From Bacilli bacterium (GTDB lineage: Bacteria > Bacillota_I > Bacilli_A > RF39 > UBA660): a DNA stretch of 29,892 nucleotides. Below are positions 8,056 through 17,386 of this stretch, in pieces. Below the pieces are notes generated by a model that did not search any database, was not told the DNA's origin, and worked only from the letters and a program-made list of their open reading frames with translations. The DNA is taken from the NCBI GenBank assembly GCA_022791215.1, contig JAAVYQ010000036.1:1-29892 (forward strand). The letters are read 5' to 3'. How positions within the stretch are numbered: the stretch's first letter is position 1; the number at the start of each line of letters is the position of its first letter. A program made the translations under genes and the position numbers.

Positions 8056-9260
8056 TATTATACACAGGAATTACAATACTACTAATTGGAATAATTCTAA
8101 ACCTTTCAAAAAAAATAATTTCAAAATTTAACAAAAACTATCCAACTAAACAAAAAATCGAAAATCCAAATTTTTGTATACTAATACCAGCAAGAAATGA
8201 AAGTGCAGTAATAAGCGAACTATTAGAAAGCATAAAAAAACAAACACAAAAAATAGATATGAAAAATATTTATGTAATTATAGAAGACTTAACAGACCCA
8301 ACATTAAAAATAGTCAAAAACTATGGAGCGACAATAATAATGAGAAAAAAGATTCACCTCAAAAGAAAAGGTTATGCGCTTATGGAAGCGATAGAATACT
8401 TAAATGAAAGAAAAAAATATTATGACGCTTACTTTATATTTGATGCAGACAACATATTAAACAAAGACTATTTAAAAAATATGACTGAAACCTACAAAAG
8501 TGGCTACGACATTGGTATAGGCTATAGAAACATAAAAAACGGAAATGCAAATGCTATCTCAGCCTCATCAAGTTTAATATTCTCAATAATCAATACGATA
8601 GGAAACCAAAGAAAATCAAAACACACCCTCAACAGCACGATATCAGGAACAGGATTTTACATAAATGGAAAACATATAAAAGAGTGGAAAACATATCCAT
8701 TCCACACACTTACTGAAGATTATGAACTAACACTATATGCAATAACAAACAACATGACAACATACTACAATACAAAAGCAATATACTATGATGAACAACC
8801 AGAAAGTTATAAACAATACAAAACACAAAGAACAAGATGGATAAAAGGATACTTTGAAGCAAGAAAAATTTACAACAAAAAATTAAGAAAACAACTAAAA
8901 TTTTCTAATAAAAACATTGGCTCAGTATATAATGAACTAATTGGAATATGGGATATCATAATAATCATAATCGGACTTATACTAATAATAATTAACACGA
9001 TCATAAACAGCATAACAAAAACAATAATAAGTAATTTACTAGTATTAATCCTAACAATATACTTAATTCTAATAACCATAACTATTTACCTACTAATAAA
9101 AGAGCAAAAAAGATTTAAACTAACAAAAAAAATATTTATAAAATCCATATTTCTACATCCAATATTACTAATAACATATATACCATGTGCGATAGAAGCC
9201 ATACTTACAAAAAATCTAGAATGGAAACCAATAGAACATAAAGGCAAAAAAATAAATTAA
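8052..9260 (+). CDS. Membrane-bound processive GT2 glycosyltransferase
   Basis: IPARNE, FDAD, LTED and QRTRW (D,D,D,QxxRW). C-terminal TMs. ATGA overlap with the upstream gene. Confidence 0.9.
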   Translation: MILYTGITILLIGIILNLSKKIISKFNKNYPTKQKIENPNFCILIPARNESAVISELLESIKKQTQKIDMKNIYVIIEDLTDPTLKIVKNYGATIIMRKKIHLKRKGYALMEAIEYLNERKKYYDAYFIFDADNILNKDYLKNMTETYKSGYDIGIGYRNIKNGNANAISASSSLIFSIINTIGNQRKSKHTLNSTISGTGFYINGKHIKEWKTYPFHTLTEDYELTLYAITNNMTTYYNTKAIYYDEQPESYKQYKTQRTRWIKGYFEARKIYNKKLRKQLKFSNKNIGSVYNELIGIWDIIIIIIGLILIIINTIINSITKTIISNLLVLILTIYLILITITIYLLIKEQKRFKLTKKIFIKSIFLHPILLITYIPCAIEAILTKNLEWKPIEHKGKKIN

Positions 9261-9294
9261 AAAATTAATGTTAATAACTTAACACTTACACACA

Positions 9295-9330
9295 AAAAAG
9301 TTTCTAAGAAAAAATCCTAGAAACTTTTTT
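9295..9330. terminator. Bidirectional intrinsic terminator
   Basis: Perfect 12-bp inverted repeat AAAAAGTTTCTA / TAGAAACTTTTT between convergent genes. Confidence 0.85.
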
Positions 9331-9347
9331 ACATAGTTAAAAACTAA

Positions 9348-9737
9348 TTATTTACAAGTAAAACCTTGACCTTCCAATGCTTCCTTAGTATCGTCATAAC
9401 TAGCCTTAGACTCACCTAATTTTAAATCTTTAAAAAATTTACTTTCAGCATCAGCAGTAAGTTTCAACCCTTTTTCAGACTCTTCAACTTTAAAAGTTTG
9501 TGCTTCAAAAGAACTCTTTAATAACTCTTTTTGTTCTTGTAAAGATTCAGGAATTTCAACATCCATAGTCATATTCATATCTTCAACAGTTTTCCCATCA
9601 AATTTTATAACTACTTCAGAGTCCATCTTCACACCATTTTGAGTTTGACTCATAGTACAAGTTAACTCTTTCTTACCACAACCAGTTAAAACTAAAATAG
9701 TAACTAAAGATAATAAAACTAATTTACCACTCTTCAT
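9348..9737 (-). CDS. Lipoprotein of unknown function (129 aa)
   Basis: Start moved to ATG 9737 (RBS GAGGAGG). Signal peptide MKSGKLVLLSLVTILVLTG-C with lipobox. Confidence 0.85.
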   Translation of the reverse strand: MKSGKLVLLSLVTILVLTGCGKKELTCTMSQTQNGVKMDSEVVIKFDGKTVEDMNMTMDVEIPESLQEQKELLKSSFEAQTFKVEESEKGLKLTADAESKFFKDLKLGESKASYDDTKEALEGQGFTCK

Positions 9738-9821
9738 AGTACACCTCCTCTTACCATTCAATATTAACATTTTATGAAAATTTTTTCAATAGCATTCAAA
9801 AAAATCTAAAAAATACTAAAA

Positions 9822-10694
9822 TTAATTTACATTAAACTTACTCCCAATTTTCATACCACATTCTACAAGAGTTTCCACATCTTCAGCAGTATTTTTTAAA
9901 ATATCATCATCTAAAACTACCATATTCTTCTTAACCAACAAAACTATAGTAGAACCACCGAACTCAAAATGACCCTTTTCCTCTCCTCTTTTAAATTGCC
10001 ACTCTCCATGATAATTGCAAATCTTTCCAACTAACATTGCACCGACTTCTATTTGAACAACATCTCCAAAATTTTGAGTTCTCAAAAGAGTATACTCCCT
10101 AGAATTTCTTTTATAAACAGGCTTACTTTCCAAAGCAATAGGCCTCACAGTATGCAAAATACCAGGTATCTTAACATTTCTAGACTTAGAACCATTATCA
10201 ATATAAACATATCTATGATAATCTTTAGGTCTTAACCTAAAAATCATAATATAACCATCCTTAAAATCATTACAAATAGAATCACCATTCAACAAATCAC
10301 TAACAGTATAATAAGAATTCTTTATCTTAAAATCACTATTCTCACCTATCTTATAAACTAACAACTTAGCATCACAAGGAGAAATAAAACTATTAGAATT
10401 ATAATCAATATGAATAAATTCACGTTTCTTCAATCTAGTAAAAAATTCATTAAAACTACTAAAATCACTTTTTTCAAACAAACTCAAATCAATATTATTC
10501 TCCAAAACAAACTTTTTAATCATATGATTTGACAAAGAACTATTCAAATACAAAGCACTCATCTTAGAGACAAAAGGACAAGCCAAAACTCTAGCAATCA
10601 ACCTACCAAACTCATTACCATACAAAAACTTCATAAACTTAGTATCCTTATCAATATCTAACTTACCATTTCTATCTCTACCTACTATAACCAT
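9822..10694 (-). CDS. psd: Phosphatidylserine decarboxylase proenzyme
   Basis: FNEFFTR, SPCDAK, PKDYHR and the autocleavage motif GHFEFGGSTIV. Confidence 0.9.
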   Translation of the reverse strand: MVIVGRDRNGKLDIDKDTKFMKFLYGNEFGRLIARVLACPFVSKMSALYLNSSLSNHMIKKFVLENNIDLSLFEKSDFSSFNEFFTRLKKREFIHIDYNSNSFISPCDAKLLVYKIGENSDFKIKNSYYTVSDLLNGDSICNDFKDGYIMIFRLRPKDYHRYVYIDNGSKSRNVKIPGILHTVRPIALESKPVYKRNSREYTLLRTQNFGDVVQIEVGAMLVGKICNYHGEWQFKRGEEKGHFEFGGSTIVLLVKKNMVVLDDDILKNTAEDVETLVECGMKIGSKFNVN

Positions 10695-10705
10695 AATTTA
10701 CATCC

Positions 10706-11644
10706 TCATTTTCCCTTATATTCCTCTAAAGAACTAAACAATTTCACAATATTTTTTTCAGGAATCAACATATTAATATCCTTATTAATTGTAAAAAGAA
10801 AATCTCTAGTATCATGTTTAAATTCTTCGCCATCAATAACCCAACTAGGAGGTATTTGATCAAAAATAATTCTAAACCTATTAGTCTTAAAAACCTCTAA
10901 ACCAGGCATACTCTTAACTTCCCCTGCAAGAATTTTAGTTCCAATAAGAGCAAGCTCAGCTTTAGACTTAGCTGTACAAAGAACGACTTCAAACATATCA
11001 TCATCTAATTTAACATCCTTATAAATATTATTAAAACCACCCATTCTACAAGTATTAGAAACAAATACAAAAGAATAAGTACCACTAACAACTTTATCAT
11101 CCACTTCATAAGTCAAATCAAATAACCTAACCTTATCTTTAAGTTCAACCAAAGTATGCATAAAATATGCAAGCCTACCAAATTTTTTCTTAAGTTTTCT
11201 AGGAGTATTAAAAGAAGCATCCACATAACTACCAATACATGCAACATAAACAAAAGGTTTACCATTTAACATACAAACATCTATATTTCTAACACTGCCA
11301 TCGCACAACATCTGTGCATTCACAACCATATCTTTAGTAAATCCATACATACTACCAACATCATTAACAGTACCCACTGGCAAATGACCCATAAGCAACT
11401 TTTTATCTCTAGCCAAATTTCCAGTAACACCTTCATTTAAAGTACCATCTCCACCACAACATATAACTAACTCAGTATCATCAGACAAATCTTTAATAAT
11501 ATTAATCGCATCCTTAGGACCTTTAGTAGGACATAATCTTGCCTCATATCCATTTATTTCTAAAATAGAAGGTAACATTTTTATATCTTTTTTATCTCTA
11601 GATTTACCACTTTCCGGATTATAAACTACTGCACATTTCTTCAT
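10706..11644 (-). CDS. Diacylglycerol kinase family lipid kinase (DagK/YegS-like)
   Basis: YNPESG, GGDGTLNE, PVGTVND, IDGE motifs. Confidence 0.9.
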   Translation of the reverse strand: MKKCAVVYNPESGKSRDKKDIKMLPSILEINGYEARLCPTKGPKDAINIIKDLSDDTELVICCGGDGTLNEGVTGNLARDKKLLMGHLPVGTVNDVGSMYGFTKDMVVNAQMLCDGSVRNIDVCMLNGKPFVYVACIGSYVDASFNTPRKLKKKFGRLAYFMHTLVELKDKVRLFDLTYEVDDKVVSGTYSFVFVSNTCRMGGFNNIYKDVKLDDDMFEVVLCTAKSKAELALIGTKILAGEVKSMPGLEVFKTNRFRIIFDQIPPSWVIDGEEFKHDTRDFLFTINKDINMLIPEKNIVKLFSSLEEYKGK

Positions 11645-11668
11645 ATAATCACCCTAAAATATAATTTT

Positions 11669-11697
11669 ATTATACTAGTTTTATTATATATTTTCAA
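11669..11697 (-). promoter_or_regulatory. Sigma70-type promoter of the dagK-psd operon
   Basis: TTGAAA-N17-TATAAT on the minus strand. Confidence 0.65.
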
Positions 11698-11774
11698 TTA
11701 TTCTACTGTCTACTATACACTTCTTTTTAAAACTTTTTCATAATAAGAATTAACTTCATCTAAATCTTCATATC

Positions 11775-12122
11775 CTAATCCAAAATTTTCATATCACTAC
11801 GTGAAACTCCTAAAAATTTAGCATTTTGCATAACTCTACCAGTCAAATCTATCTTCCAAGGCATAGTTTTTCCTATTTCATAAACTGCCAAATAAAAGTT
11901 ACTTCTATCTACATCAAATCGTGCTCCATATATAGGACACTGAGTAGGAAAGATAAAAATTTCTCCTTCCTGAGTAGTAAAAGAAATACCATAATGTTCT
12001 CCTCCAAATACTACTCCTAAAGAATCACTTAAATATTCAAAATTTTCCCCAACATAAAATCTATTACCATCCTTAGCATCATCCAATATATAAATAGGAT
12101 TATCATATTTAAAATAAATCAT
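11775..12122 (-). CDS. Hypothetical protein (115 aa)
   Basis: Open frame with RBS AGGAAGTG and the codon bias typical of minus-strand genes. No motif recognised. Confidence 0.6.
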   Translation of the reverse strand: MIYFKYDNPIYILDDAKDGNRFYVGENFEYLSDSLGVVFGGEHYGISFTTQEGEIFIFPTQCPIYGARFDVDRSNFYLAVYEIGKTMPWKIDLTGRVMQNAKFLGVSRSDMKILD

Positions 12123-12172
12123 ATTAACACTTCCTAAACATAAACTATTTTAACATTAAGAATTATTTTCGT

Positions 12173-12205
12173 AAAAAAAAAGCCATAGAATTTAATTCTA
12201 CAACT
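12173..12205 (-). terminator. Intrinsic terminator after htrA
   Basis: GTTGTAGAA-TTAAA-TTCTATGGC followed by T8 on the minus strand. Confidence 0.7.
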
Positions 12206-13288
12206 TTAATTACTTGAAAGTTTTACTTTAACTTTTTCTTCTTTACCATCTCTAAGAACAGTTATCTCTATAGTTTCATCAGGAGAATAACTATAAAGCC
12301 TATATCTAAACTCAGCAATATCACTAACCCAGTCATCACCGACCTTAACAATAATATCACCACGTATCAAACCTGCCTTATCACCAGGACTACCACTTTC
12401 AATTTCAACAACCACAACACCATCTTGAACATCTTTATCTATTCTAAGACCAGCATAAGCAAGTTGCATAGTACTACTAGCATTCAACATACTAACCCCA
12501 ATATAAGGTCTACTAATACTGCCCTTTTCTCTTAGACTATTAGCATAACTAACTGCATCTTCAATCGGAATAGAAAATCCTATACCTTCGATAGTATCCT
12601 TAACAATCTTTAAAGAATTAATACCAATAACCTCACCATTAGCATTACACAAAGGACCACCACTATTTCCAGGATTAATAGCCGCATCCGTTTGCATAAC
12701 ATTCATAATCCAATCAGCCTGACTAGAATTAACATTCACAGAAACAAGTCTATCCTTACCACTAAGAATACCTCTTGTAACAGTTCCTCTGAAATCTATT
12801 CCCATTGGACTACCGATAGTAAAAACAGTATCTCCAACTTTCATATCATTACTCTTACCGATATCAGCAACACTTTTAATATCTTCCTTAGGAATTCTAA
12901 GAACAGCAATATCAGCATACTGATCACTACCAACTACACTAGCAGTACCTTCACTATCATCACTATAAGTTATCTTAATATCACCAGCATCCTCAATAAC
13001 GTGATGATTAGTCATAATATAACCAAAATCTTCATCCTGATCATACACAAATCCAGTTCCCGTACTAACTAAATTTTTTCCACTATAAACCTCAATAACA
13101 ACAACTGCATCTTTAATCTTATCTACAGCCGCGCTAATTCCAGTATCAGTAATATTTACATTTTCCTCTCTAATAGTTTTAACAACAGTTTTAGGATACA
13201 AATAGAGAACGCCAAACATAACCCCTGCACCCATAACAAAACATAACAAACCTAATAAAACATAAATAATCTTTTTTCTCAAACTCAT
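12206..13288 (-). CDS. htrA: HtrA/DegP-family serine protease (TM + trypsin + PDZ)
   Basis: TNHHV (His), DIAVL (Asp), TDAAINPGNSGGPL (Ser) and a C-terminal PDZ domain. Confidence 0.93.
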   Translation of the reverse strand: MSLRKKIIYVLLGLLCFVMGAGVMFGVLYLYPKTVVKTIREENVNITDTGISAAVDKIKDAVVVIEVYSGKNLVSTGTGFVYDQDEDFGYIMTNHHVIEDAGDIKITYSDDSEGTASVVGSDQYADIAVLRIPKEDIKSVADIGKSNDMKVGDTVFTIGSPMGIDFRGTVTRGILSGKDRLVSVNVNSSQADWIMNVMQTDAAINPGNSGGPLCNANGEVIGINSLKIVKDTIEGIGFSIPIEDAVSYANSLREKGSISRPYIGVSMLNASSTMQLAYAGLRIDKDVQDGVVVVEIESGSPGDKAGLIRGDIIVKVGDDWVSDIAEFRYRLYSYSPDETIEITVLRDGKEEKVKVKLSSN

Positions 13289-13289
13289 C

Positions 13290-14225
13290 TCATCCTTCCA
13301 TATACATAATATCTCTATAATTAGGTGGAAACCCCATCTTATCTAAAACATCATCTAAAGTAATAGTATGCAACTTTCCACAAAGTCTATCAAACTCATA
13401 ATTAATTTCATTCATCATCATTTTAAAATCCACAGAAGTAAGGAGAAATTTCAAAATAATAATAAGAGCAAAAATATCATTTTTACCATAAATATATTCA
13501 TCATTAGTTTTATCAATATTTAACAAATTATGATACTTATTATCAGGAATAACTCTCTGAGTAAAATGATCAAAAACAATATCTTCATGAGCACACAAAT
13601 TTCTATAATTAGCAAGAATTGGCAAAAACACTTCCATTTCCTCAGGAGTAATATGATAAATATTTGCTATCTCTTCCTTATTATGATACTTAAGTACACT
13701 AAACATCTCGCTCATAATACCAAAACTAATAACCTTAATACCAATCCAAAGAGGGATATAACCATAATTATCCATATAATGACTAGTCGCTCCATGATTT
13801 TTACCATTTATTCTAAACTGTCTCTTAATTTTCCTAACCAAATCATTAATCTGACGACTCTTTTCCTTACTAGTATCAAAGTTTCTACTATTCAAATAAT
13901 CTTTCTCTTTATAACCATAATCTTTACTTAAAACATAACTAAAAATAGATTTATAGTTATTCTCAACAATAAGTATATTCTTAAATATAATATTTCTAAA
14001 CATTCTATCAAACACGAAAAGACTATACAATTCTTCAAAAGTAGATCCATCCTTAAACTTTCTAGACGTATCATGCTTAACAAACAAATGCCTATAACCC
14101 ATGATAAAGAAATAATTTTCACGAAGCAAAATCTCCTTAGCATACTCTTCATCATTAACTAAAAGCCCCTTATCCTTTAAAATATTAATTTGCTCATCTA
14201 AATTTTTAAAAACTTTATTTGCCAA
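13290..14225 (-). CDS. Abi family (AbiD/AbiF-like) HEPN protein
   Basis: EQINILKDKGL, NYFFIMGYR, FDRMFRN, PLWI and the HEPN Rx4H motif RNLCAH (13587-13604). TTG start with AGGTG RBS. Confidence 0.85.
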   Translation of the reverse strand: MANKVFKNLDEQINILKDKGLLVNDEEYAKEILLRENYFFIMGYRHLFVKHDTSRKFKDGSTFEELYSLFVFDRMFRNIIFKNILIVENNYKSIFSYVLSKDYGYKEKDYLNSRNFDTSKEKSRQINDLVRKIKRQFRINGKNHGATSHYMDNYGYIPLWIGIKVISFGIMSEMFSVLKYHNKEEIANIYHITPEEMEVFLPILANYRNLCAHEDIVFDHFTQRVIPDNKYHNLLNIDKTNDEYIYGKNDIFALIIILKFLLTSVDFKMMMNEINYEFDRLCGKLHTITLDDVLDKMGFPPNYRDIMYMEG

Positions 14226-14340
14226 CCCTCGTCACCTGAATAAATTCTATCATAAACTTAACGCTTTAACCATATATTTCACACAATTTTCTTTTTAAAA
14301 TACACATTTTATGTTAATATTATGCTAGGAGGGATAAAAC

Positions 14341-14733
14341 ATGAATGACACAAGTAACATTATACAAACATTTGAAAAAGAAATATACAGGAGTTACATC
14401 TTTGAAACAATTAACTGCCTAGAAAAACTTTATGACAGAGACAATGGATATATAGTTGGAAAAGCAACACTAGTACCATTAGAAAATGGAAAAATAAAAA
14501 TAAGTGTACCAATTTCTAAAAAGCAAATAATAGAAGGAACACATGAAGAAGTATTTGTAAAGTCATGTTCACCAAGTGATGTATCAAGTATAATTGAAGG
14601 ACTAACAAACACATACACAAAAGACTCAGGGTGGACTATTGGAGAAAGAGACATAATAGAAGTTGACGAATTTTCTTCAGTTGTAAGAGTAGAACTAAAA
14701 AAAGCCGCTAAAGGCCCATTTCTTAATAACTAG
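14341..14733 (+). CDS. Hypothetical protein (130 aa)
   Basis: RBS AGGAGGG. Its stop shares the palindrome CTAG (14730-14733) with the convergent gene. Confidence 0.7.
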   Translation: MNDTSNIIQTFEKEIYRSYIFETINCLEKLYDRDNGYIVGKATLVPLENGKIKISVPISKKQIIEGTHEEVFVKSCSPSDVSSIIEGLTNTYTKDSGWTIGERDIIEVDEFSSVVRVELKKAAKGPFLNN

Positions 14734-15051
14734 TATAATCTAGTTTTTTTTAATTTATTAATATGCTTTTCTAAACTATCATCTAATTCTACGGTTCCAT
14801 AATCATGAACATTTTCCACAAATGTACCACTAGTTCCAATATAACTTTTCCATTTATCATGCTTATCACTTAATTCAAACTTTGGTAATCCAAACTCTTC
14901 CAAGAAAACTGCCATTAGTTTATCATCATCAAGCAAAATTGGATACTTTTGTTCTAAATTTTTACAAAATTCTTTTCTTTCTCTAGTATCATATCTAAAA
15001 AATAAATTGATGCCTATATTCTTCCATTAAAAACTTCGCAACTTTTTCCAT
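14730..15051 (-). pseudogene. Frameshifted hypothetical gene (about 106 aa if one base is removed from the T6 run)
   Basis: RBS GAGGTGG + ATG at 15051 gives MEKVAKFLMEEYRHQFIF* (TTT-TAG). The +1 frame continues RYDTRERKEF...LLDDDKLMAVF into the tracked 14730..14936 ORF. Confidence 0.65.
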
Positions 15052-15082
15052 ATAACCACCTCATATCACTTCCAAAACACAA

Positions 15083-15110
15083 ACAAAAAGTCCGAAATAA
15101 ATCGGACCCA
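15083..15110 (-). terminator. Intrinsic terminator after rpsI
   Basis: GTCCGA-TTTATT-TCGGAC-TTTTTG. Confidence 0.85.
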
Positions 15111-15112
15111 AA

Positions 15113-15511
15113 TTATCTCTTACTAAATTGTGGAGCACGTCTTGCCTTCTTAAGACCGTATTTCTTACGTTCTTTAATTCTAGCATCTCTAGTTATCATA
15201 CCAGCACCCTTTAAAGTAGGTCTATAAGCTTCACTATTAACTTCTAATAAAGCTCTAGCAATGCCTAATCTAGTCGCACCAGTTTGACCATCAAAACCTC
15301 CACCTTTAACTGTCACTTCAATATCAAAATCACTTTCAGTTCCAGTAAGAACAAGAGGTTGTTTCAAATCCATAACTAAAGTTTCATAAGGGAAATAATC
15401 ATTAACATCAATACCATTAACAGTAATATTTCCTTTACCACTTACTAAAACAACTTGTGCTACTGCTCTTTTTCTTCTACCAGTAGCAGTATATTTCTTT
15501 GCCTCTGCCAT
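15113..15511 (-). CDS. rpsI: 30S ribosomal protein S9
   Basis: [35 protein letters not shown]. Confidence 0.98.
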   Translation of the reverse strand: MAEAKKYTATGRRKRAVAQVVLVSGKGNITVNGIDVNDYFPYETLVMDLKQPLVLTGTESDFDIEVTVKGGGFDGQTGATRLGIARALLEVNSEAYRPTLKGAGMITRDARIKERKKYGLKKARRAPQFSKR

Positions 15512-15520
15512 AGTTTCCTC

Positions 15521-15949
15521 CTATAAATCTATTCTTTGTGGTTTCTGAGCTTCATGCTTATGTTCACTACCTTCATAAACATAAAGATTTCTAAACATAT
15601 CTCTTCCCAATCTATTCTTAGGAAGCATTCCTTTAATTGCTCTTTCTACCATTTCAATTGGATATTTCTCTTTCATAACTTTAGCAGTTCTTTCTCTCAA
15701 ACCACCAGGATATCCACTATGATTATAATAAACTTTCTTATCAAGTTTATCTCCAGTAAGATTAACCTTACCAGCATTGATGATAACAACTGCATCTCCG
15801 CAATTAACATGAGGAGTAAAAGTAGGTTTATGCTTACCACGTAAAATATGCGCAGCCTTACTAGCGACTCTACCCAAATTTTGTCCCTCAGCATCAATAA
15901 CGAACCATTTAGTGTCAACATCTTCTTTTCTTAACATAAATGTTTTCAT
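15521..15949 (-). CDS. rplM: 50S ribosomal protein L13
   Basis: [37 protein letters not shown]. Confidence 0.98.
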   Translation of the reverse strand: MKTFMLRKEDVDTKWFVIDAEGQNLGRVASKAAHILRGKHKPTFTPHVNCGDAVVIINAGKVNLTGDKLDKKVYYNHSGYPGGLRERTAKVMKEKYPIEMVERAIKGMLPKNRLGRDMFRNLYVYEGSEHKHEAQKPQRIDL

Positions 15950-16035
15950 ATATAATATATCTCCTTCTATATTCCTTAAATATTATGCCTTCCCACAGCA
16001 TTAATACCAAGAACAATAAAAATGTACCAAGTATC

Positions 16036-16063
16036 ATTATACTATAAAGTTTCACAAAGTCAA
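16036..16063 (-). promoter_or_regulatory. Sigma70-type promoter of rplM-rpsI
   Basis: TTGACT-N16-TATAAT on the minus strand, about 85 nt upstream of rplM. Confidence 0.7.
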
Positions 16064-16149
16064 ACAAAATTTCTAAACTTTCGTAAAAAACACTAATAAT
16101 TGATACCAAAATCATCATAAAAACCAAAGTAAAGAGTAAAATTAGATAG

Positions 16150-16178
16150 TTGACATAAAACTGCATATATTATAAAAT
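16150..16178 (+). promoter_or_regulatory. Sigma70-type promoter of the surface-protein gene
   Basis: TTGACA-N17-TAAAAT. Confidence 0.7.
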
Positions 16179-16221
16179 AAACATATGATAAAAAGAGTAA
16201 GAAGTTGGAGGAAAAAAACTT

Positions 16222-17340
16222 ATGAAACAAAAAAATAAAAAAGGATTAATAATTACTTTAATCATACTAATAATTACATGTATATTATGTGGAACAGTAG
16301 GATTCCTAGAAAGCAAAAAAGAGGATGATCCAAAAGACAAAGATAAAAACAAAAACTATAAAGTAACATACATGTACTATATAGACAATGAAAAAGTTGA
16401 TGAATTACCTGAAAAAGAAGAATTAAAAGTTATAAATCCAGATTTTGAAGGAGCAGAAGATGACACATTAGTTTATCAATTTGAAAAAGCAGCATGTACA
16501 AATATAAAAACACCAAATGAAAATGGAACATGGGATGACGAAGAATGGGAATTCACACCACCTGAACTAACAAATAATTCAACATGTAGACTATATTTTC
16601 TAAAAAGCCTACACAAAGTAACAGTCAAAGCAAGTAATGGAGAATTACCAAACAAAGAAAATGAACAAGAATTTGATGCATTAATAAATGATGAAACAAT
16701 AGTAATAGTTAAACCTAAAGAAGGTTACAAATACGATAGTGAAATCAAAGCAACATGTACAAATGGAGCAAAAGCAGAATATGACGAAACAACAGGAGAC
16801 TTAAAAATAACTGATGTAACAAAAGATTCAACTTGTACAATACCTTTCAAAATAAGTGATTATACTGTAGAAATAGAAGCAAACTTTGGAACAATAACTG
16901 GAGAAAGATCTAAAACAGTAAATCATGGTGGAAATGTAGAATTTGAAATCAAAGAAGCCGAAAACTACATATATGATGATTACACTTGTACAAACGACCA
17001 AAAAGCATCATTTGTAAATGGAAAACTTACAGTTAGAGAAGTTACAAACAATACTAAATGTACAGTAACATTCAAACCTAAAAAATTATCAGTAACTCTT
17101 ACTATAGAAGGAGGAAAACTTGACAGTGGATATTCTAGTCCATTAGAAGTATCAGAAGGACAAACAGCCACATTCATAGTAAAAGCTAACGAAGGATTCA
17201 GTTACTCTAATATGAACGTAGATTGCGATGGAAGTACAAAAGGAGACTATCAATCAACTGGAGATTCTGCAATAGTTAAAATATATGATGTAAAAACAAA
17301 TGCAATATGTAAAGTTACACTTAAGAAAGTAGCAGATTAG
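16222..17340 (+). CDS. Membrane-anchored surface protein with four tandem Cys-paired beta-rich repeats
   Basis: Basic N-terminus + TM, then four ~75-aa units, each with C-T/D-N/G...(S/T/A)xC-x-(L/I/V)-x-(F/L). Confidence 0.75.
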   Translation: MKQKNKKGLIITLIILIITCILCGTVGFLESKKEDDPKDKDKNKNYKVTYMYYIDNEKVDELPEKEELKVINPDFEGAEDDTLVYQFEKAACTNIKTPNENGTWDDEEWEFTPPELTNNSTCRLYFLKSLHKVTVKASNGELPNKENEQEFDALINDETIVIVKPKEGYKYDSEIKATCTNGAKAEYDETTGDLKITDVTKDSTCTIPFKISDYTVEIEANFGTITGERSKTVNHGGNVEFEIKEAENYIYDDYTCTNDQKASFVNGKLTVREVTNNTKCTVTFKPKKLSVTLTIEGGKLDSGYSSPLEVSEGQTATFIVKANEGFSYSNMNVDCDGSTKGDYQSTGDSAIVKIYDVKTNAICKVTLKKVAD

Positions 17341-17386
17341 AAAAAACTAATTTGCTTTTTTTCATATATAAAAGTATAATTAACAC

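Noticed and set aside
14226-14340. Possible RNA antitoxin or repeat array upstream of the AbiF-like gene
   Set aside because: Only about 115 nt of AT-rich promoter DNA shared with the divergent gene; no repeats or stable stems.
15975-16010. Possible L13 leader hairpin (TATTAATGC-TGTGGGAAG-GCATAATA, minus strand)
   Set aside because: Plausible, but a single weak stem cannot be assigned to the Rfam L13 leader without a covariance search.
15915-16166. 83-aa hydrophobic ORF upstream of rplM
   Set aside because: It overlaps the rplM start, contains the rplM promoter (16036-16063), and has no RBS; the hydrophobicity follows from T-richness.
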